Positions 51,001-60,245 of a stretch of 64,000 nt of DNA are shown piece by piece. A program made the translations under genes and the position numbers. Source of the DNA: Octopus sinensis (lineage: Eukaryota). Numbering within the stretch: the stretch's first letter is position 1; each line of letters starts with the position of its first letter. The stretch covers positions 134,106,001-134,170,000 of the forward strand of contig NC_043000.1 of the NCBI RefSeq assembly GCF_006345805.1, read 5' to 3'. Under the pieces are notes generated by a model. The model was not told the DNA's origin and did not search any database. It was given only the letters and a program-made list of their open reading frames with translations.

Positions 51001-53997
51001 TTCAAATACAATATATTTCTTTATTATACCACTAAAGGATATACAGAAATGGGGTTATGATTAGAGAATGTTAACATGTTCTGGGTTGTATAATAATGGT
51101 CCAATATTGAAATTTGTAGGGAAAATTGCTATATAAATGTCTGATCAAAAAATATGAATAATCACTTGTCTAACAATGGTGAAAATAAAATAATTGATAT
51201 GTTTTGGCTGAGAATGTGTGCTTCTTAAAGAAGCAAACTATTCAACAGTAACATACCTGAAGAATAGTTGACAAGGAAATACTGAAAAAGCCATTTTGCA
51301 AATTGAAGAGCAGAAAGTGAGAGAAAGAGAGAGACAAACAGTCAGACAGATGAAAGGAATGTATCATGTTCATAGATATTTTAACTTGAGAAGTTAAATA
51401 ATTATACTACTTTTGAAAACTAGTTGTCTTTCAGCAAGGCATGAAGGTCCATATCCCTAATTTTTCATTACCTTTTAGGGAAAAGGGGTGAGAGAGAGAA
51501 AGAGAGATATAAAATTGATACTGAATCACAATTCAAACTTGTTAACTTGATTACGCAACCTGATGGTTTACAGAACTGGATTTGAATCATTTCACATGAA
51601 CTCTATATTTTAAATTCACCAACAATATGAAGGTTTCATATCACAATATCTATTAACCCTTTAGCATCTAGATTATTCTGTCAAAATGTAATGCTTATTT
51701 ATCCACATTGTTTTGAATTAATCATGCATTACTTTGTGGCTTCAAGATCTCAGTGATGTGATTGTTTATTTTTACAATGACATTGTAGGGTAGGTGTGAG
51801 ATGTTGGATCTGACCAGTTTGAACCATAAAAGTAGAATATTTTGGCCAGATATGGCCAGTTTAAATGCTAAAGGGTTAAAAGGAGAAATGACTGTTACAG
51901 GTATTCACCAGGAAATAATATCAACCTAAAACATTTTTAAAATTCTAAACACAAAATAAGTTTGTATGGTGTCATAACTTTTGTATGTTTGAAATATCAT
52001 GAAGTATTTATGAGCTTCCTTCGTTAGCTACTCCTATTAATCAATTAGGAAATCAACCTCAGAAGAATAAAAATTACTATATTAACTAAGGTTGGGCTTG
52101 AAATAGAATTACAGGCTCCGAGCATATAGTGAACATCATACCAATTCTGACATCTGAAATCTTAGCCAACAACAGGATATATTCATGATTTTAAGTAGAA
52201 CATGACACTTATGACAAAAACTTTAGTGAACACCCTAAAATATGTGTTGGTGGTGCATGTTTTACAAGTTAGTCATGATATATAAAAATACATAAAAAGA
52301 TCTATATTAGTAAAGTAAAATCTTTGTCATGAATATAACTAATAGAAAGTGGTAACTATGAGTGACAAAATGAAATTTAATCTGAAAAGGAAAGAGAGAA
52401 ATATCCATAAAAGTCAAATTAGAATTGAAGACACTGACCATTTTCATGCCAGCAGAACTCATTAAAGAATAAGTAAATGCTTAATTTCTTAATTAATTAA
52501 TTAAATATCAAGATTGTTTAAGATTATAAAATTAACTGACAGAAAAAGTACTTCCCCAATTTAAAACATTTTCAAATAAAACAGTTATTTTATTATTATT
52601 CTATTGAGTTACTGACATATTTTATTTTAGTAGTGTTATATGTGTGTACATTTGATAGTATATCTTTCCTACTCTAGGCACAAGGCCTGAAACTTTTGAG
52701 GCGGGGGAGCAGTCGATTAGATCGACCACAGTATGACCCCGAAAGGTTGAATGGCAAAGTTGACCTTGGCGGAATTTGAACTCAGAACGTAACGGCAGAC
52801 GAAATACCTATTTCTTTACTACTCACAAAGGGCTAAACACAGAGAGGACAAACCAGGACAGACAAACGGATTAAGTCGATTATATCGACCCCAGTGCGTA
52901 ACTGGTACTTATTTAATCGACATCCAAAAAGATGAACGGCAAAGTTGACCTCGGCGGAATTTGAACTCAGAACGCAGTGGCAGACGAAATGCTGCTAAGC
53001 ATTTCGTCCAGCGTGCTAACAATTCTGTCAGCTTGCCGCCTTTACAGATGAAATACCACTAAGCATTTCACCCGGCATGCTAACATTTCTGCTAGCTCGC
53101 TGCCTTTGATAGTATATCTGTGCCTCTTTGTCTCTCCACTGAATTCAGATGTTTAAATATTAAACATAAGTGCACATGAAATGTAATTTGAAATACCTGC
53201 ATAAAATTATGTAAATGTTTAGAACAGAAATGAGTGTTTTCTTTTTTTTTTTTATCTTTTATGTTGGCTACAATATGATTATGAAATCATTGTGATTGGT
53301 GTAGTGATATAGACCTGGTGGCAGTAAAACTATTGTAACAGTTAGGAATCACAATATCCAACCAGCTTCACATTACAAAGGACGAGAAAGTATTCAAGAT
53401 GCCAGCAATAGAACAAACTTTCAGGATGCAATAAGTCAGTTTAGGCTTACGTGTTGTAGGACATGCTAGGGAGAAAGTGCAAGAAAGGGTTGAACGAGGG
53501 GAAAAGGAGTGAGAGAAAACTGGATAAAAAAATGAGGGAAAGACAGGAAAAAAAAACAATGGAATAACAAAATCAGATTTGAGAAAATAAAAAAAAAAAA
53601 ACAAGAAGAAATCAAGACAATGTGCCAAAGAAAGGAAAGTGAAAGGAGAGAGAAAGAAAGATAAAAGGAAAATAATATGAGACAAAGGTAGGGTATAGAG
53701 AGAAGGAAACCAAAAAGAGAGAATATATAGAAAGGCAATCTAAAATACCCAATGCTGATATAATACAACTAGAACAGAGTGTTTTGCCAAGGGACATGAG
53801 AACTAACTACAACCAGAGAACACCATTATGATCAGGAGAACCAGAGGAATAATACACAGTGTACTATAACAAAACACAAACTAATATATAGATAAAGAGG
53901 AACAAATTAATATTTATTTTCAGTTGTTTACTTCTTTTTGTTGCTTATATGTAAGGCTTTTATTAACAGGTACAATCTTCATTAAGACTTAGTAAAG

Positions 53998-54028
<31 letters not shown>

Positions 54029-54308
54029 GTATTCTAGATCCACTTCGGCTGATTTGATTTTACAAATTGGTTTTACACACAAATTAGGGGATAACCTAAA
54101 ATGGCACTCATCAGAAGGGCTGGTATGGAAAGTATCTTCCATCTTGGCACTATCTCAATTGCAAAACTGTTCGGTAAAAATCACCTGAAATGGATCTACA
54201 ATACTGTATAGTATAAATATCAATATACCCACTCCATTGAGGAATATATTAGAGCCTGTTTTTTATGACCTGGGTTCTTACATATACATACATACATACA
54301 TATATATA

Positions 54309-54343
<35 letters not shown>

Positions 54344-55387
54344 ATCACAAACAAGAAACACAATAGCATAAATGTAATCAGTGCTACTGAGATTGAAAAC
54401 TGGTGGGGGGAGGGGCATTTTTGTTTTGTTACAGTGCAGAACAAGCAGAAAGGTATATTGCATTTTTATTGTGTAAAAGACAAAACACAAAAAACTAAAC
54501 CTCACCTCCTGGAAAAGATCAAATCGCTGAAGGGGAAAAAAAAGAATATAGAATGCATAACAGGTTCTTTGATGAAGACAGAGAGAATGAGAGACAAACA
54601 AAGAATAAGAGAAAATAACCATTTAAAACAGACATAGGCACCCTTTTTTTTTTTTTTGGAGACGTAGTCTACATGAGACATGGCTCATCATTAGACAGGC
54701 CACACTACTAAATATATTTTAAGTAATTTTTCTTTAAGTGTGCCATTCAGAAAGTCCTATGAGCTACAGGATACCCATGGCTGATTTAAAAGAACAAATA
54801 CGTAGTTTGGAAGCAACAAATAAAAATGTCACAAAGAAAAGTTGTCATTTATAATAAATTCCAGATTCCAGCAATACAAATCATTATCAACATCATTATC
54901 ACTTCCATCATCCTTCTCCTCCTCCTCCTTCAACATCTGCTTTCCATGCTGGCAAGGGCTGAACTGATATCAGATTTTTTTAATTTACAATTAGCAACCC
55001 ATAAAAAAAAAAAAACCAAGTTGAAACACAATTACTTCTATAATACTGGAATTTAAAAAAAAAAAAAAATTCTGATATTATATTTGTCATTATTTTTAAG
55101 AAGCTCCAAAATAACTGAGAGTTAATAAAATTATCAAGAATCATAATTAGATTTCTTTTCTTGTTCAAATTCCCAGAAACAAAGAGATATTACTTGATTC
55201 TCAACTATCTTGAATGCATTAATTGCCAAATAGTTCATTAGATATATTTCCATCATAAATCATCTTAAGAGTAACTGGCAATAGAAAGTAATTATTTTCT
55301 AGTGTGTTATCTGAGAAACTAATTAACTCTCAAGTTCACTTTCACATCTGTAACTCTTCATAGCCAAATAAAATTTATAGTTAAACT

Positions 55388-55430
<43 letters not shown>

Positions 55431-58400
55431 CAGGGGATATATGAGGACACTTAATTATTTGTATATTACTCTCTTCAAACCAATTTAAAGGTTTTTATTT
55501 ATTTCAAATCCCCCCATGGGAGATAAAATGCTAACACAAGAAATGAAAACACACGCAGTCATTGATGCCATATATGCAGAACACAGTGATTTAGAAATTG
55601 CCAACTTTCTAGATGTTGCAAGATCTTTATACACAAAATTTGGATGGAATTAGAAGCCTCTGGTAGGAATGCTTTGACTGTATCAAAGAGAAAAAAAACA
55701 TTCTAAACATTCAAACACTATAAGAACATCACAATTCATCCAACAGATCTAAAACATTATTGATGATGATCCTGGAAAATCAATGAGGGTCATCACCAAA
55801 GAACTTCAGGTGTCAGAGTGGACTACCATAGCTGTGATGCATGAGGACATTCAATGAAAAACATAAGTACTGAGAAGTCAGTTCATGTCTGCAAGGGCAC
55901 AGGAAAACCATTTCATCCTTGCCAAGTGGTTACTTAGCAAAGTTAAGAACTCTCATGAACATGATTCTTCTCTGATGGGAAAAACTTTGGCCCAGTCTAT
56001 CAGGAGAAATGGCATATGGTAATATGCAGATCCTTCTGATGTCCTAGAGTTATGTATACTGTTTTGAACAATTGTGATGGTGTTAGGAGTGGCAAGAAAT
56101 GAAGGTCATGTCATACCATCTCACATCTTTCTATGAGGTCTTAGAATTAATGCTACTGAATACAGTCGTTAAATTCTGGATGGATAAAGTACACAGTAGA
56201 AGGCTCAGCATCTTTTCACAAAGCCCACATAACTCAAGAATGGCCATCAGGCAATTTTTATGCTCATTTAGACCAAACTTGTGCCCTCCTCCAAACTCAC
56301 CAAATTTAAATTCAATGGGCTGCTATGTTTGGAGAATAATAGAAAGGAAGACTAATCAACATCCCCACAATACCATTACTTCACTGAAGGCTACTACTAT
56401 CCAGGTGATGCCCAAAATGAATAAGGACCATTTAGTGCAGGGATGTCAATGATTCCAGTCCGGCATTAAAATAGTAAGAGAAACTGGAGGCAGATTCATA
56501 GAATAATCTTATAACAAGGCTTTTCTACATATGCACAAATTTTTTTTGAAATCTGAAATACAACTGATTTTTGCTAGATTAAAGTCATTTTCTTAAATTA
56601 CCAAATATGTCCTCAAATATCTCTCACACACTCTCTCTCTGTCTCGGGGGAGGGGGGGGGGGTGCAGCACCAAACTAGTAATACTTGCACACCAACAACA
56701 TTCGACAATATACAAAACTAACACTTTCACACCAAAAACATTGTGCAATGAAATACCAAACTAACAACATTCACACTAACAACATCCTGTCGTATTTCAC
56801 AAGGTAACACAATACATACATGGCTTTTATTACTTTTAGTGTTACCACAGCTAATCTAACAGTTACGCCATAACCCTAGCCTATAATTTGTTGCTCTGAA
56901 TGAAGACAATTAAATGCAAAAGACTACGCTGTGAAGAAAACAAAGATGTAACAATGCTGAAGAGCTACAAAGAAAAAAAGTAAATTAAATGTTACCTTAC
57001 ACCTATTAATTCTAATTAAGTTGACAGTGAAAAACAACAACGTAGCCAGTTAATTACATTGAACATTTTGAGTGTTATTTAAAGTAAATAAAGACTCTGA
57101 TAATGATGATGACAAACACAGCCAATGCGATAGTGACAACAATATGTGTATGTAATCAACAAAATATTTAAGAAAGAAACTAAATATTACGTTTTCCTTG
57201 CAATAAAGTAAATACCATTTTGGTGAAGTGAATTACAATAAAACTCTGAAGATACAGAAAAAAATAATTTAGTTTCTAATTATTTAAGTCAACAAAAATG
57301 CAAAATTACTAGCATATGATTTTTTTTACCCCCTTAATTTATTTCTCCCATACACTTAGCTCCTATGTTATTTATATTATGACTGATGTAGGTTGGTATG
57401 AAGAAAGAAAAATTAATTATAAGCATATGGTATAGGTAAGAATATAACTGCTTTAAAAATGAAGTCTATTATTTTAAGTAGTTTGGTTACAAATTCAGCA
57501 ACTTCAGAACAGACAACAATTAAGCAAACATAATTTTGTGAGTTAGTGAATAAATGTGTATGTGTACTTGAATGTATGTGTGTGCATGAATGGTAAGTGC
57601 ATATGTGATTGTGGTGAAGAAGTTCGTCTTCCAATTACATGGTCTTGGGTTCAGTCACACCACATGACACTTTGGGTAAGTATCTTCTACTAACTATAGC
57701 CCAAGCCAATCAAAAGCCTTATGACTAGATTTCTGTGTACATGCGGATGCACTTGCCTCCATGTCTTGACATTACATAAGTTGTAAACAAGTGTCACTGT
57801 CATACAGGCAGTGTTATTTGTTTGCTATTTTCCATGAAAATGTCCAGTCATGAGAAATATTACCTTGCTTGGAAACAGGAAGGGTATATGTGCATTCTTT
57901 TATTTGTTTCAGTCATTTGACTGCGGCCATGCTGGAGCACCGCCTTTAGTCAAGCAAATCGACCTCAGGACTTATTCTATCGGTCTCTCTTGTTGAGTCG
58001 CAAAGTGAAGGGGACATAAACACACCAGCATCAGTTGTCAAGCGATGTTGTGGGGAGCAATCACAGATACACAAACACACACAGATATATATATATATAT
58101 ATATATATGTACGACAGGCTTATTTCAGTTTCCTTCTACAAAATCCACTCACAAGGCTTTGGTCGGCCTGAGGCTATAGAAGACACTTGCCCAAGGTGCC
58201 ACGCAGTGGGACTGAACCTGGAACCATCTGGTTGGTAAGCAAGCTACTTACCACACAGCCAGAAAATTTACCTGAATAACTTCCATGTGGCCCATGCATG
58301 GAAATGTAGAGGATAAACAATAATGATGTGGGCACAAACGAACAAAATTTATGTGTATATTTACAGTGTATTGTCAAATTAATTTATTTGTGCAAGCAGT

Positions 58401-58857
58401 ACGTGTTTGCATGTATATGAAGTATTTGTAAGTGTCTGAACAGTGTGTCTGTGTTCAAAAGCAACAAAGAGAGGACTATACAGTGGATAACTAGATGACT
58501 ATATAATAACAACCTAAGACCCCCCAAATTAGTATTAGTACCAGATTTGTGTAACATTCTACAACAATGTACTTAATTCTACTTTGTATAATAGACATAA
58601 CAGAGAACAAATTCCAAGAACAGTGTGACATAATACAATAGCTACAAACATATGCTTGGAAGCTGACCAGTGATATCCTATGCTTAACAAAATCAAGTAG
58701 TAGTGAATTTCGCATTCCACTAACTTGAATACACAAACACACACATGCTGAAAACAAAAATTAACAGAAAACTCTTCGTCAAAGAGACTTCCAACTGACC
58801 AGAAATCAGACCACGCATTTGAATTTATATATATATTTATATATAGAGATATATATG

Positions 58858-58899
<42 letters not shown>

Positions 58900-59457
58900 T
58901 GTATAAATCTAGCTTATGAAATGCATTTATGCCTAATTTTATACATGGTGCTTGGACAACAACCAGTCTGAATTAACTTATTTTCAACAATCATACACAT
59001 AATACACTAAATCTAATAGCTCAGAGGAACAGTCAAAAATCAACTAATTAATTAATTAATCTTTCTATATAATTTTTAATTACATTTCAGAGGATGTTTT
59101 ATTCCATTAGATCTTAGTTGTCTTTTCTTCTTCAGTAAAATCTTTCCAGTTTTTGAAACAAAAAATAACAACAAACAACTACAATACAATAAATGAATAT
59201 AATTTCAATAGGGAAAAAAAATGTCTTACCTCTGAAGATTCTCCATAACCTTCTTCTTCATCAGAATCTACCATGCTTTCTGTCAGGCCGCTGTACTCGA
59301 GGTCAACATTTTCCTGCCCGTCTATAGAGGATTGCATTACATCTGACCCAGAGTATGCACTTGACGTGTCACTTGCCCGAGAATTCCGCTTCAACCAATT
59401 TTCTCTCAAACAGTGGTCAGGCAGCCGAGTGATATGGTTGGAATATTCTGGAGCCAT
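11711..59457 (-). CDS. RAPGEF2: Rap guanine nucleotide exchange factor 2/6 (PDZ-GEF) ortholog, multi-exon gene span (22 core exons; termini uncertain)
   Basis: Manually spliced exons with GT-AG ends and matching phases total 3259 nt up to the 11854 donor. Motifs typical of RAPGEF2/Dizzy: [107 protein letters not shown]. Confidence 0.96.
11854..12075 (-). CDS. RAPGEF2: RAPGEF2 exon, C-terminal region ([14 protein letters not shown]...[18 protein letters not shown]); reads through to a stop at 11711 if the donor is unused
   Basis: cttcttcCTAG acceptor; [12 protein letters not shown] resembles human SPQALKKILSLS; G|GTAAG donor at 11853. Confidence 0.88.
13305..13403 (-). CDS. RAPGEF2: Candidate 99-nt cassette exon ([32 protein letters not shown])
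   Basis: CTCCTCCATCCAG acceptor, A|GTAAGT donor; phase 1-1; open frame. Confidence 0.5.
13472..13549 (-). CDS. RAPGEF2: Candidate 78-nt cassette exon ([25 protein letters not shown])
   Basis: TCTCTGTTTTGTTTCCAG acceptor, CAG|GTAGTC donor; phase 1-1; open frame. Confidence 0.4.
14696..14803 (-). CDS. RAPGEF2: RAPGEF2 exon, C-terminal region ([10 protein letters not shown]...GPKF)
   Basis: tttCAG acceptor, G|GTATG donor; 108 nt, phase 1-1, open frame; joins the next exon to give [18 protein letters not shown]. Confidence 0.85.
17391..17490 (-). CDS. RAPGEF2: RAPGEF2 exon, end of CDC25-HD ([11 protein letters not shown]...SLQCEPP)
   Basis: CAG acceptor, GTAAG donor; 100 nt, phase 0-1. Confidence 0.94.
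18524..18655 (-). CDS. RAPGEF2: RAPGEF2 exon (DVSNMC...NAKKMYEE)
   Basis: CAG acceptor, GTAAG donor; 132 nt; NAKKMYEE motif. Confidence 0.92.
18808..19177. repeat. 19-bp minisatellite, about 19 copies (GCTGTAACAGACTTTGTAG)
   Basis: Direct head-to-tail tandem units with few substitutions and no spacers. Confidence 0.95.
19979..20125 (-). CDS. RAPGEF2: RAPGEF2 exon, CDC25-HD ([15 protein letters not shown]...[14 protein letters not shown])
   Basis: CAG acceptor, GTAAG donor; 147 nt, phase 0-0. Confidence 0.95.
20787..20870 (-). CDS. RAPGEF2: RAPGEF2 exon, CDC25-HD ([16 protein letters not shown]...QPPM)
   Basis: CAG acceptor, GTGAG donor; 84 nt, phase 0-0. Confidence 0.95.
21500..21627 (-). 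CDS. RAPGEF2: RAPGEF2 exon, CDC25-HD ([14 protein letters not shown]...[14 protein letters not shown])
   Basis: CAG acceptor, GTAAG donor; 128 nt, phase 1-0. Confidence 0.95.
22519..22618 (-). CDS. RAPGEF2: RAPGEF2 exon, CDC25-HD ([14 protein letters not shown]...KHFIKIA)
   Basis: CAG acceptor, GTAAG donor; 100 nt, phase 0-1. Confidence 0.95.
23376..23610 (-). CDS. RAPGEF2: RAPGEF2 exon, end of RA and start of CDC25-HD (YYLKDN...IEPTEYIDD...FEE)
   Basis: TAG acceptor, GTAAG donor; 235 nt, phase 2-0. Confidence 0.95.
24105..24212 (-). CDS. RAPGEF2: RAPGEF2 exon, RA domain ([27 protein letters not shown])
   Basis: CAG acceptor, GTAAA donor; 108 nt, phase 2-2. Confidence 0.94.
25177..25241 (-). 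CDS. RAPGEF2: RAPGEF2 exon, RA domain ([21 protein letters not shown])
   Basis: CAG acceptor, GTGAG donor; 65 nt, phase 0-2. Confidence 0.92.
25335..25733 (-). mobile_element. Non-autonomous Helitron
   Basis: Minus strand reads A|TCTTTATATA...CCCGAGCAACGCTGGG hairpin...CTAG|T: 5' TC, 3' CTAG, AT target site, internal tandem duplication. Confidence 0.8.
25757..25991 (-). CDS. RAPGEF2: RAPGEF2 exon, linker and start of RA domain (SNPDL...[17 protein letters not shown])
   Basis: CAG acceptor, GTAAG donor; 235 nt, phase 2-0. Confidence 0.93.
27240..27498 (+). mobile_element. Non-LTR retrotransposon 3' fragment with (GAT)n tail
   Basis: [25 protein letters not shown]...[12 protein letters not shown], then TGATGATGATGA. 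Confidence 0.75.
27699..27942 (-). CDS. RAPGEF2: RAPGEF2 exon, PDZ-RA linker (FRELLTEKK...[16 protein letters not shown])
   Basis: CAG acceptor, AG|GTTTG donor; 244 nt, phase 1-2. Confidence 0.9.
29910..30018 (-). CDS. RAPGEF2: RAPGEF2 exon, C-part of PDZ domain (ILEVNG...[11 protein letters not shown])
   Basis: CAG acceptor, GTAAG donor; 109 nt, phase 0-1. Confidence 0.95.
30436..30639 (-). CDS. RAPGEF2: RAPGEF2 exon, N-part of PDZ domain (KMNSQL...GLKRGDQ)
   Basis: CAG acceptor, GTATG donor; 204 nt, phase 0-0. Confidence 0.95.
31601..31987. repeat. Long imperfect palindrome (about 190-bp arms, short loop)
   Basis: TTAGATATAGCTTTATAAGCATTTTATGGT...ACCATAAAATGCTTATGAAGCTATATCTAA, with complementarity continuing to the centre near 31798. 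Confidence 0.92.
33162..33269 (-). CDS. RAPGEF2: RAPGEF2 exon, REM domain ([17 protein letters not shown]...VQE)
   Basis: CAG acceptor, GTAAA donor; 108 nt, phase 0-0. Confidence 0.95.
33886..34400. mobile_element. TA-flanked MITE (second copy about 38077-38586)
   Basis: TACTGTAAATTCTCAAGTATA...TATACTAGAGGATTTACGGTA inverted termini; the two copies share internal sequence. Confidence 0.8.
34489..34671 (-). CDS. RAPGEF2: RAPGEF2 exon, REM (RasGEF-N) domain ([10 protein letters not shown]...LKMK)
   Basis: CAG acceptor, AAG|GTTAT donor; 183 nt; [16 protein letters not shown]. Confidence 0.95.
34852..35086 (+). repeat. Direct duplication of a dimeric tRNA-like SINE relic (second copy about 39569-39800)
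   Basis: Near-identical 230-bp blocks including the flank CATAAGGCAAACATAGGTAAAA. Confidence 0.8.
38872..38976 (-). CDS. RAPGEF2: RAPGEF2 exon ([21 protein letters not shown]...RKGHIVIR)
   Basis: CAG acceptor, GTAAG donor; 105 nt, phase 0-0. Confidence 0.95.
39143..39260 (-). CDS. RAPGEF2: RAPGEF2 exon, cNMP-binding-like domain (FGVSPSLD...[21 protein letters not shown])
   Basis: TAG acceptor, GTATG donor; 118 nt, phase 2-0. Confidence 0.95.
39885..40162 (+). mobile_element. Cephalopod SINE central-domain fragment
   Basis: GC-richer block GTGGCTGAGC.CTCCACA...GTAGTTCTCGGG.AGATTCAGC.TGACACAGAGTGTGACAAGGC, recalled from cephalopod SINEs and not verified by search. Confidence 0.55.
41049..41239 (-). 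CDS. RAPGEF2: RAPGEF2 exon, cNMP-binding-like domain ([14 protein letters not shown]...MGN)
   Basis: CAG acceptor, AG|GTATG donor; 191 nt, phase 0-2; [10 protein letters not shown] motif. Confidence 0.95.
41757..42165 (+). mobile_element. tRNA-derived SINE family B with internal (TA)n/(TG)n (others about 11150-11280, 16575-16745, 24535-24690, 43630-43768, 43855-44280, 45110-45485, 57600-58260, 60515-60650)
   Basis: GGCAGGAGTGGCTGTGTGGTAAG A-box, GGTTCAGTCCC B-box, shared GCCTTGTGAGTGGATTTG.TAGACGGAAACTG body. Confidence 0.85.
45540..47110 (-). mobile_element. Heavily decayed RTE-like LINE reverse transcriptase region
   Basis: Minus-strand remnants [12 protein letters not shown] (GVHQGSVLSP), QLRFVPS*GATNAF and EDP*QS (DLEKAFDR-like); interrupted by a MITE at 46010-46238. 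Confidence 0.7.
46010..46238. mobile_element. Second TTAA MITE family, nested in a LINE relic
   Basis: TTAACCCTTTCGTTACC...GGTAACGAAAGGATTAA. Confidence 0.8.
47561..47665 (-). CDS. RAPGEF2: RAPGEF2 exon ([35 protein letters not shown])
   Basis: CAG acceptor, GTAAA donor; 105 nt, phase 0-0; resembles RDIVRDCLEKDP..RTDDDIE of RAPGEF2. Confidence 0.92.
49738..50972. repeat. About 200-bp inverted repeat pair (49738-49938 and 50772-50972) with tRNA-like inner ends
   Basis: The arms are near reverse complements; the right arm starts GGTTACTTTGGTGCAGTTGGTTAGCA...GGTTCAAATCCTGCTGGTAGCC. Confidence 0.9.
51654..51879. mobile_element. piggyBac-type TTAA MITE (other copies 18014-18405, 26141-26583, about 28020-28161 partial, 29522-29749, 47937-48160)
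   Basis: TTAA|CCCTTTAGCAT...ATGCTAAAGGG|TTAA termini. Confidence 0.85.
53451..53465 (-). CDS. RAPGEF2: Candidate 15-nt microexon (HVLQH)
   Basis: CCCTTTCTTGCACTTTCTCCCTAG|CATGTCCTACAACAC|GTAAGC; phase 0-0; very long pyrimidine tract; UGC at -16. Confidence 0.62.
54506..54526 (-). CDS. RAPGEF2: Candidate 21-nt microexon (RFDLFQE), with an internal acceptor that would give a 3-nt exon (E)
   Basis: TTCTTTTTTTTCCCCTTCAG|CGATTTGATCTTTTCCAGGAG|GTGAGG; phase 0-0 like the host intron; no stop. Confidence 0.6.
55427..56632 (+). mobile_element. Decayed Tc1/mariner-superfamily transposon, maT (DD37D)-like
   Basis: Imperfect TIRs (GGGGATATATGAGGACA / TGTCCTCAAATATCTCTC). Remnants: [53 protein letters not shown] (SPDLNPLDY-like). 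Confidence 0.75.
59230..59457 (-). CDS. RAPGEF2: RAPGEF2 exon, first seen in window (MAPEYS...GESSE)
   Basis: tttCAG|ATG acceptor and GAG|GTAAG donor; 228 nt, phase 0; contains [13 protein letters not shown] and [14 protein letters not shown]. The acceptor implies further upstream exons. Confidence 0.9.
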
Positions 59458-60192
59458 CTGAAATTAAGATATTTAGTTATATTAGAAAAATAAAAAAATA
59501 AAAAACAATAACACTTATCAGTAAATAACACTACCCCATACACATACATACACTTTGACCAATCTAGGTGAAGCTCTGAGTAGCATATTAATATGGAAAT
59601 TTAAATATGTAAGAGGAAGAGAGGGGAAAAATGATTCAGAGATGAAAGATAACAAGGAAATATTTAAACTATCGAATGACTTAACTGGTAAGAAAATATT
59701 CCTGTCCAAAGCTTCCCCAATACTAAAACAAATTCATCTGAAATCTCTGGTTAGTCTTCAAGTAAATCAGGTTTTTGTCAACAATAAAAAAAAATTCCTG
59801 ACTACAGCTCAAGATATTTAAAAATAAAACTTTATTAAATCTGTCAACAAACAATAACACCAATTACCATTTAAAATTTATCAAAATGATGAATCTACAA
59901 AGGTGAGAGAAAGCTAAAAATAACAGATGAATACCTGGCGATAGTATTGATTTTTCCATCAGATACAATTTGAAGACCCATCTACCACAGCAGAATTAAT
60001 ACCAGTGCTGATGCAATGTTAAAAACATCCAGTACACTCAGTGGAGTGGTTGGCATTAAGAAGGGCATCCAGCTGTAGAAAGCATGCCACAACAGAGAGT
60101 GGAGTCTAGTGTGGCCCCCTGGCCTTGCCAGATCCAACCAAACTGTTCAACCCATGCCAGGATGGAAAATGGACATTAAATTAATATCTCTT

Positions 60193-60245
<53 letters not shown>

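Noticed and set aside
56667-56790. Degenerate tandem repeat of about 45 bp, three copies
   Set aside because: Ordinary low-complexity repeat beside the transposon relic.
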